64,000 bases of DNA from a virus: IMG/VR virus record IMGVR_UViG_3300014208_000031, positions 32,001 to 96,000 of that record. One strand, given 5' to 3'. Below the pieces are notes generated by a model that was given only the letters and a program-made list of their open reading frames with translations, ran no database searches and had not been told where the DNA came from. The position numbers and the translations under genes were made by a program. Positions 57,593 through 64,000 of the stretch are shown one piece after another; the stretch's first letter is position 1; each line of letters starts with the position of its first letter.

Positions 57593-59295
57593 AGTAAATA
57601 ACCTAATCTATTTCTAATATCTTTTATTATTAATTTAGCGTCTTCTAAAACTGCCTTGCCAGATGAATATCGAGCTTTCCCAACAACCATTTCAACTATT
57701 TTCTCATATAATTCAAATTTTCTTTTCATTATAAATGGAGTATCTCGAAAAAGATAGTTACATATTTTTATAATTGGCTGCCAATATTGAACCCATATTG
57801 TATATGTATTTTCTCCTTGTTGTCTAAGATAGATATTAATACCCAGCTCTGTAGAAAGTTTGTCTCTAATTTTTGAAACTAAATCTAACGTTCCCGTTAT
57901 ACATAATCCTAATGTTTTACCAAAAGTTATACCACCATCTCCCATAAAAATTCCATGAATAAAATGAGATTCTAGTTCAGAACTGACCCATTTTGGATAT
58001 TCTATGATCAGGCTTTTATTCGGAACAATACCTAATTCTATTAGACGATTCCCTAATACCTTATTTTTAATGCTTAAAATAACCGAATTCTTTTGTTTTT
58101 GATCAAAAAGGCGTCCTTCGTATTTTAATTCAGATTTTATAAATTTAACTGTATCTAAATCTATGTTATTTAATTCTATAGAAAATGTATTATTTTGTCC
58201 ATGCTTATTTCCATCAGAATATAATAATCCCATAACTATATTTTTGCTGGCCGTGTCTATTTCATTAAAATAGTCTTTATCCACAAAATATTTTTGGCCA
58301 GATTCAGAATAATCTCTAATTGGAATTTTGTATTCTCTAAAGATTCTGTCTATAACCGGACGACTAACTAAATACTCGGCGGCTAGTTTTTCAATACTAA
58401 TTTTATTTTGTAGATATTTATTAATTATTTCTTTCTTAATTTCGGGATTAGTGAGTTTTTGTGGTTTAAAACCAGAAATACCAGACTTCATTTTCCTAAT
58501 ACCAGCCTTATCTAAGGCTCTACTTACTGTTAGTATTGCCAGTTTTAGCTCTTTGGCTATAAAAGATAGCGTATTACCAGCGTTAAATAACTCAATAATT
58601 AACTGAATATCATATTCTTTTTTTATATTAGCTTCTGAAATTGTTCGTAATTTTATATCATTTCTAGTTAAAATCCCCTGAATTACGGTGCGATCACAAT
58701 TATATTCTCTTGTTAAAGATCTTTCTGATTGATTTGTATATTTTTCACAAATTTCTTTTTCAGTCTCTACTGAGAATCTACGTTTAAGTTTTCCAGGGTG
58801 TCTTAGTACGTGCCCATTTTTTACAATAATAGCCGCAACGTCTGGATTATTTTTAATTCCAAAGAGTTTTCCAATGTTTCTTTGTGTCCAATTTTCTTCT
58901 GTGTATAATTTGCAAATAATCAATTCATCTTCTTTGGATAAATTTAAATTTTTACGTTGGATATTATCATAATGTTTAGGGATTTTATTATTTTCAATAA
59001 AAGCTCTTATAATTAAGTATTCGTGTAGCCCGGTTTGATTATGGATAGAAGATATATTAATTCCACTTTCGTTTAGAGAAAAAACTAAATCAATTTCATC
59101 TTTAGTTAAAGATTTTCTATCTACTGTGGAAAAATGAGTCTTTTTTAGGAGACTTTTACTAGATAGGAACTCAGCAATTTTTGCATGTCCAATATTAATT
59201 TGTTTTGCAATATTAGTATATCCAACATTTTGATTTACATACAAATCAATTATTTTTTCTTGCTGTTTTTCTGTTAATCCTAAAATCTCCATCAA
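57589..59295 (-). CDS. LAGLIDADG homing endonuclease with multiple HTH repeats
   Basis: About six I..LY..IA...I..IL repeats; MGLLYSDG and IHGIFMGDG. Confidence 0.8.
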   Translation of the reverse strand: MMEILGLTEKQQEKIIDLYVNQNVGYTNIAKQINIGHAKIAEFLSSKSLLKKTHFSTVDRKSLTKDEIDLVFSLNESGINISSIHNQTGLHEYLIIRAFIENNKIPKHYDNIQRKNLNLSKEDELIICKLYTEENWTQRNIGKLFGIKNNPDVAAIIVKNGHVLRHPGKLKRRFSVETEKEICEKYTNQSERSLTREYNCDRTVIQGILTRNDIKLRTISEANIKKEYDIQLIIELFNAGNTLSFIAKELKLAILTVSRALDKAGIRKMKSGISGFKPQKLTNPEIKKEIINKYLQNKISIEKLAAEYLVSRPVIDRIFREYKIPIRDYSESGQKYFVDKDYFNEIDTASKNIVMGLLYSDGNKHGQNNTFSIELNNIDLDTVKFIKSELKYEGRLFDQKQKNSVILSIKNKVLGNRLIELGIVPNKSLIIEYPKWVSSELESHFIHGIFMGDGGITFGKTLGLCITGTLDLVSKIRDKLSTELGINIYLRQQGENTYTIWVQYWQPIIKICNYLFRDTPFIMKRKFELYEKIVEMVVGKARYSSGKAVLEDAKLIIKDIRNRLGYLL

Positions 59296-59331
59296 AAATT
59301 ATATCCTTTATTTTTCAAATTACTTATAAAT

Positions 59332-59367
59332 AAAAACAAAAAATCTACAGTCGATTAAAACTGTAGA
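59332..59367 (-). terminator. Rho-independent terminator
   Basis: TCTACAGT-N8-ACTGTAGA followed on the - strand by a T-rich tail. Confidence 0.65.
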
Positions 59368-59419
59368 AATTTTGATTTACCTCAATGAACAACACACCTA
59401 ACACTAACAGCTTTTAAAT

Positions 59420-59881
59420 TTATTGATTGGCTTTTTCTTCTATCAGTTCTGCCAATTCATCATCTCCAGTGATAACTTCATAAGAACCAAATCTAAAATC
59501 CCCATTTTCAACTTCTAAAATTGAATCTTCTTTTAATTCAACTATTTTTAGTATATCGTCTTTTCTAGATAGCATTTTTTCTGAGTCTGGCCAAGATTTT
59601 GCTAATTTTAGTGGAATAATAGAAAGTAGTCCTGAATCGACTCCTACTATTGCGATAGTCCGCCCGGCTTTCGTTACAGCATATCCGCCGTCCCCAAAAG
59701 CTGTTCCAATAACCACGAACTTAGTTTCATTGTAATCCATTTCGATTCCGTTGCTATCATCTTTTAATTTATCACATAAACTACCCCATTCTTCATCTGG
59801 ATAGACATAACATGGATCGGTTATTACATATTTTCCTTTAGCCAATTTGAATATTTCTGCGTTTTTATATTTATGTTTCAT
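59420..59881 (-). CDS. Conserved hypothetical protein (DUF4241-like)
   Basis: ITDPCY, TAFGDGGY and VDSG motifs. Confidence 0.55.
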   Translation of the reverse strand: MKHKYKNAEIFKLAKGKYVITDPCYVYPDEEWGSLCDKLKDDSNGIEMDYNETKFVVIGTAFGDGGYAVTKAGRTIAIVGVDSGLLSIIPLKLAKSWPDSEKMLSRKDDILKIVELKEDSILEVENGDFRFGSYEVITGDDELAELIEEKANQ

Positions 59882-59883
59882 GT

Positions 59884-60600
59884 TTAAATGATGTTTAGTT
59901 TTGCTTTATCTCCATGATATTTAATTGCGGCTTCGTTGTAAGCTCGGGCGGCTTCTTTTTCAGAGTTAAAAAGACCCAAATGAATTCCTTTGTAATTAAA
60001 TCCTATTTTAGCGCACCAAGCTTTATCTCTTGAAGAGAAACTCACTCCACGATATTTAGATGTGTATTCTCCAGAATTTTTGATTTCTGTCCCTGAGAGA
60101 AGTTTAGATATTCTTAGAGTGTCATCTTTACTCGCTTCGGGTAAATTTATTAAAGCAAATTCTCCCCAAATCTCTTTAGCTTTTATATCGTAAGCAATCG
60201 CGGCGTCTTTAGCATTATCAAAACGACCAAGATTAATTCTTTTTCTATTTAACATTATATAGGCATGATAATTTTGACTTTTTTTATCGAAAGATACTCC
60301 TTTATATCCGGTAGTATTATTCTTACTCATAATAGAATTTCCGCCATTTTGCGACTGGCTACAAACTCTCAAATTTTCCCTTCTATTGTCTAATTTGTTA
60401 TGATTAATATGATCGACAAATTGACCTTTTTGAGCATTCGTAATTAATCTGTGCATAAGAACACAAATTTTATTTCCTAAGATAGATTGATTATAAGCGT
60501 AACCTTGAGCATGAAAGGTCCACTTATATTGATTTAGATTCTCGTAATCCTCATCATCTACCAGAGCAAATTTGTCTCGCGTTAACTTAATTTCTTTCAA
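59884..60600 (-). CDS. HNH-AP2 homing endonuclease with two AP2 domains
   Basis: ALVDDEDY, MHRLI..VDHIN.N.LDNRRENLR; two YKGVS..I.LG.F....AA.AY AP2 repeats. Confidence 0.9.
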   Translation of the reverse strand: MKEIKLTRDKFALVDDEDYENLNQYKWTFHAQGYAYNQSILGNKICVLMHRLITNAQKGQFVDHINHNKLDNRRENLRVCSQSQNGGNSIMSKNNTTGYKGVSFDKKSQNYHAYIMLNRKRINLGRFDNAKDAAIAYDIKAKEIWGEFALINLPEASKDDTLRISKLLSGTEIKNSGEYTSKYRGVSFSSRDKAWCAKIGFNYKGIHLGLFNSEKEAARAYNEAAIKYHGDKAKLNII

Positions 60601-61274
60601 AATAAGTCGTCGGAACTACTATCATCAATATTTACGTCCCCATCAACATCTTCTTTTTCTTTAATTACTTCCTTTTTCTTGGGCGCGGACTTAGCTTTTG
60701 GCGCGGCAGGCTTACTTGCTGGTTCTGCTCCGGTAACAGTTAGCTTTACAGATAACTCGCGGAGTTTCTCAATAAAGAAATCATCGGTAGGGGTGAAGTC
60801 CCTCTGTATTTTGTTTTTAAAACTAACTTCGATTGGAGCCGGGATTTCTGAAAGAGAAAATTTCCAATTTACCATATTTCCTTTTTGGCGTAATGCTACC
60901 GAAGCAAAGTCTTTCTTACTTGTATATAATCCAATTTTTAAATCGGTATATTCTTCAAGATTAAGTAAGGAATTGTATAATGACCGTGATAGCATGTTTA
61001 ATTTTGTATCCACAAGGTATGTTTCCCCAAGGACTGAATCTTTAAGGGTCAGAGAAACCGTATGATATACATTCCCTTCCCAATTATTTTCTTTAATTTC
61101 AATTCGAGTCAGGTCGCCGGACACACTAGCATTGGTTCCTGTAACCACCCATTTACCTTCAATTTTCTCTCTAATTTCAAAGGTCGGATCAATTTTGTGC
61201 TTTTGAGCATCCTGTACTATGAGCTTGAGGATTAAGAGTTTGTTATTGTCGTTTTGGTTATCGTTGCCTAACAT
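60597..61274 (-). CDS. Putative single-stranded DNA-binding protein
   Basis: Beta-rich body, flexible linker, acidic tail ending DDLF. Confidence 0.5.
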   Translation of the reverse strand: MLGNDNQNDNNKLLILKLIVQDAQKHKIDPTFEIREKIEGKWVVTGTNASVSGDLTRIEIKENNWEGNVYHTVSLTLKDSVLGETYLVDTKLNMLSRSLYNSLLNLEEYTDLKIGLYTSKKDFASVALRQKGNMVNWKFSLSEIPAPIEVSFKNKIQRDFTPTDDFFIEKLRELSVKLTVTGAEPASKPAAPKAKSAPKKKEVIKEKEDVDGDVNIDDSSSDDLF

Positions 61275-61346
61275 ATTTTATCTTTTCTATTTGGTTTGTT
61301 TTAACTTACTTGTCTTTATATACTTTAGTATTGAGAATTTTCTAGT

Positions 61347-61583
61347 TTATTTTACCACTTCTAAATCATGAATATCGGCAACATTGGAAATCGTTTCCAT
61401 TGTGGTCATTTCTCCGTTAAGAATATCTTCTCTTTCTTTTTCGGCGCGTTTTATTTCTTCTCGAAAAGACTGTTTAACGGCTTTAAATTTCTTATTCATA
61501 TCTTGAATATATTCTGAGATTTCTAGCACTTTTTCTGCTTTATTATTATCGTTTTTCATCGTTTCTTTTATTTGTGGCATCAT
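61347..61583 (-). CDS. Small coiled-coil protein
   Basis: ORF within the operon. Confidence 0.5.
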   Translation of the reverse strand: MMPQIKETMKNDNNKAEKVLEISEYIQDMNKKFKAVKQSFREEIKRAEKEREDILNGEMTTMETISNVADIHDLEVVK

Positions 61584-61590
61584 GGTTTTA

Positions 61591-61974
61591 TTATTTTAAA
61601 TTTTGACCTTCGACTCCTCTTAAAATTCTATCCTTAGTTCGTTTTTGTAGCCATTCAAGACAGCTTTCCGCGTGCAGTAAAGATTCTTTATTATCTTCGC
61701 AAGTATATTCCCCGGACTGAAATCCGCGCAGCCTATCAATTATGATAGCTAATAAGGCTTCATTAGATATTCCATTTACTCCAAATTCTTTAATTGGACC
61801 GTTTTGGAAACTAATATTTTGATAAACTACTGGAGTTCCCGATTTTTCGTATGGATCATTATATGCTTCAATACGATATTCGTGATTGGCATTGCCTTGG
61901 CCGGGCGCATCTAATACTAGAATATCTAGTAAATCATTTAATCCGTTTAGTTTATGGTCTGTTAGTTGTCTCAT
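61591..61974 (-). CDS. tad1: Tad1-family anti-defence sponge protein
   Basis: G.G.ANHEY.I, I.FQ.G......G...E.LL.I..DRL..FQ.G....N...L...E..L.W...R..DRI.R.V.G matches the Tad1 pattern over its full length (recognised from memory). Confidence 0.75.
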   Translation of the reverse strand: MRQLTDHKLNGLNDLLDILVLDAPGQGNANHEYRIEAYNDPYEKSGTPVVYQNISFQNGPIKEFGVNGISNEALLAIIIDRLRGFQSGEYTCEDNKESLLHAESCLEWLQKRTKDRILRGVEGQNLK

Positions 61975-62005
61975 ATTTTTACTTTATTTAGTTTGTTTGA
62001 AATTT

Positions 62006-62042
62006 TGACAGGATATTTACCACGAGTAACTGTCATGCTCGT
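62006..62042 (-). promoter_or_regulatory. Candidate H-type RNA pseudoknot in the tad1 leader
   Basis: ACGAG/CTCGT stem interleaved with a TGACAG/CTGTCA stem, 31 nt upstream of ATG. Confidence 0.45.
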
Positions 62043-62050
62043 CTCTTCAA

Positions 62051-62272
62051 TTAGACCCCAGTAACTACAGAGATAGTTTTTAGTGCTACCTTAACTTGAC
62101 GTTTTTGGTTGCGGTCGAAAAGCGTGACAAAATTCGGCGTGACTGACCGGATTTGGCCGTTGTAGCTTGCCTCTCCGCGAGAAGTTACTGTATGAACTCC
62201 TACCATGCGTCCGCGCGAATTGGATAACCGAGCGGATAGACTTGACTGACTTACTTTATTTGACTTACTCAT
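62051..62272 (-). CDS. Small basic protein, possible Sm/SH3-like fold
   Basis: Helix then GRMVGV....YNGQIRSV..NFVTL....V.V.L..I..V; AGGAATAAGAA leader. Confidence 0.5.
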   Translation of the reverse strand: MSKSNKVSQSSLSARLSNSRGRMVGVHTVTSRGEASYNGQIRSVTPNFVTLFDRNQKRQVKVALKTISVVTGV

Positions 62273-62325
62273 TATTTTATTTTTCTTATTCCTTTGTTAA
62301 TTACGAGCGTTATTGCTCTGTAAAA

Positions 62326-62535
62326 TTATATACTTTGGTCGCCGGTTTGTATTAAACTTTCTAATTCTTTATTTACTCTCTCAAATTGTTCCAATACATT
62401 ACAATATTTAATATAAAAAGATTTATCTAGGATAATATTTCCGTCGAGTTTTTCTACTAAATTAATAATTTTTATTTGTGAAGTCCGCGCGGCTAAATTG
62501 ATTTTTTGGGCCATTATTTTTGGGGTAGCAACCAA
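62326..62535 (-). CDS. Hypothetical protein
   Basis: ORF within the operon; start uncertain. Confidence 0.4.
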   Translation of the reverse strand: MVATPKIMAQKINLAARTSQIKIINLVEKLDGNIILDKSFYIKYCNVLEQFERVNKELESLIQTGDQSI

Positions 62536-62939
62536 AGTTTAGAACTTGAGTTAACATTATATGCTTTTTGCCAGATTTGTGTCATGAATTTTAATAATCG
62601 CGGTGTGATTTTACATTTAATCATATAATTTTGAAGAGTATCCGGGCAGAAATTTGCGCTTCCAATCCACGAATTAGAATTTATACACCAAATCTTAGCA
62701 TGAAAGCTTGGTAAAACCTTAATACTCCACCCCATTTTAGCGTATTCCAAGACCTTAGCCTTTAATTCGTTGCAATCATGGGACTGTTTACTAAAACCAA
62801 CAACACCGCGAATCTTGGCAGCGCGATTTATATTTTTAACCACACTTTTAATTTCGTCCGGCGCGGCTATATTCCAACTAGTTATAAAAACGTCGCTTTT
62901 GGAATTTACCGATTCAAATGGCTTAAATATTTTAAACAT
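62514..62939 (-). CDS. Phospholipase D-family nuclease (single HxK motif)
   Basis: FHAKIW......IGSANF. Confidence 0.7.
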   Translation of the reverse strand: MFKIFKPFESVNSKSDVFITSWNIAAPDEIKSVVKNINRAAKIRGVVGFSKQSHDCNELKAKVLEYAKMGWSIKVLPSFHAKIWCINSNSWIGSANFCPDTLQNYMIKCKITPRLLKFMTQIWQKAYNVNSSSKLWLLPQK

Positions 62940-63151
62940 TAAATTTTATATAACTTTTTACCAAATCTTTTTAACCAAACTTTATTCATGTTTTCCGCTT
63001 GTTCTAATTGAGTTAATGCTTGAGATTCTGAAATTTCCCAAATACCTACGGTAAATTGTCCGCCGCCAACAAACACGGGTGGCTCAGAGCCGGGAAGCTT
63101 TTGATAGCCTAAAATACTAAGTTTTTGGATTTGAGAATGAGTTATTTTCAT
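62939..63151 (-). CDS. Hypothetical protein
   Basis: ORF coupled to its neighbours. Confidence 0.45.
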   Translation of the reverse strand: MKITHSQIQKLSILGYQKLPGSEPPVFVGGGQFTVGIWEISESQALTQLEQAENMNKVWLKRFGKKLYKI

Positions 63152-63153
63152 AA

Positions 63154-63999
63154 CTATACTGCCATTTTAGCTTTAATTGGAGGGTGCGGATTATAATCCT
63201 CCAGATGAATATCATCAAATTTAAAATCAAAAATATTTTGAACTTGTGACCTTAAATACAAATCAGGTAATTCGCGCGGTTCTCTTTTTAACTGCTCTTT
63301 AACCTGATCTAAATGGTTTTCATATAGATGTAAGTCACCAAAAGTATGAATAAATTCTCCGGGAATCATATTGGTTACATGGGCTATCATACAAGTTAAT
63401 AGACTATAAGAAGCGATATTAAATGGAACACCAAGGAATAAATCTGCGCTTCTTTGATAAAGTTGACAGTTAAGACGGCGTTTAGGAATTCCCAATTTAT
63501 CTAATGCCATATTCCAATCTTTGAAAGTATGATAATCGGGATGATAATCTTTATTTAAGGATTTTCTTTCTTCTAAGGTTAATTCTTCCGTGTGGAATTG
63601 AAACATAACATGGCACGGAGGAAGCGCACAATTGTCAACCCAATAGGGATGCCAAGCGGACACAATATGGCGGCGACTATCGGGATTATTTTTAAGACTT
63701 TCTATTACTTTAGATATTTGGTCAACGTATCTAATCTCTTCTCCATCTGGAGAATCGTAGCCGTAAGGAAATTCTCTCCACATTCCCCCGTAAGTTCCTT
63801 CTCCTAAACTCGCTTCTTTTAAAGCCGCTGGATCATTACTCTTAATCGCTGCTATAAACCATTCTTTACTAAAAGGTTGACCGTTATGTTGAATCCATTT
63901 TAAACCTTTCTTTTTTAAATATTTATCGTAACAATTATCATCCCAAATATGAACATTATTATCAACTAGATATTTAATGTTTGCGGAGCCACTTAAAAA
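63154..63999 (-). CDS. thyA: Thymidylate synthase (5' end outside window)
   Basis: Frame open to the window edge ([18 protein letters not shown]); [37 protein letters not shown]. Confidence 0.96.
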   Translation of the reverse strand, partial: FLSGSANIKYLVDNNVHIWDDNCYDKYLKKKGLKWIQHNGQPFSKEWFIAAIKSNDPAALKEASLGEGTYGGMWREFPYGYDSPDGEEIRYVDQISKVIESLKNNPDSRRHIVSAWHPYWVDNCALPPCHVMFQFHTEELTLEERKSLNKDYHPDYHTFKDWNMALDKLGIPKRRLNCQLYQRSADLFLGVPFNIASYSLLTCMIAHVTNMIPGEFIHTFGDLHLYENHLDQVKEQLKREPRELPDLYLRSQVQNIFDFKFDDIHLEDYNPHPPIKAKMAV

Positions 64000-64000
64000 C

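Noticed and set aside
1-64000. Stop-codon reassignment
   Set aside because: Genes are full length and densely packed under the standard code; TAA and TAG both end genes at sensible boundaries.
1-64000. CRISPR array, tRNA genes, or a DGR template/variable repeat pair
   Set aside because: No regularly spaced repeats, cloverleaf, reverse transcriptase or near-duplicate segment seen by eye; a weak case could be missed.

Overview
A 64 kb segment of an AT-rich, large tailed-phage genome. The + strand (1-52.6 kb) is the morphogenesis region: terminase large subunit (5' end off-window), portal, fibre-like proteins, a lysis cluster, prohead protease/scaffold, decoration protein, major capsid, neck and tail completion genes, tail tube (no sheath recognised), chaperones, a 2657-aa tape measure protein (TMP) and tail-tip proteins. 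The - strand (52.7-64 kb) carries a probable ssDNA-annealing protein, two glycosyltransferase genes, an SSB-like protein, a Tad1-family immune-signal sponge, a PLD-family nuclease and thyA. Ten free-standing homing endonucleases are scattered through the window. The two most notable observations: (1) a GC-rich three-gene integron cassette (6002-7477) inserted exactly into a solitary phage-borne attC site, with reciprocal core-site signatures and a near-consensus promoter aimed into it, but no integrase in the window; (2) a TMP that carries ParB-like and ATP-grasp cargo domains bounded by a repeated xxG(L/F/Y)IPN(Y/F) linker. Also seen: a late promoter motif (TTTCAY-N14-)AGTGTAA, a leader motif AGGAATAAGAA, two unannotated RHH+HNH antisense modules, an internal scaffold start, a split GT9 and a pseudoknot upstream of tad1. 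A PVC/Verrucomicrobia host is suggested only by inference. All family calls come from motif recognition by eye; no searches were run.
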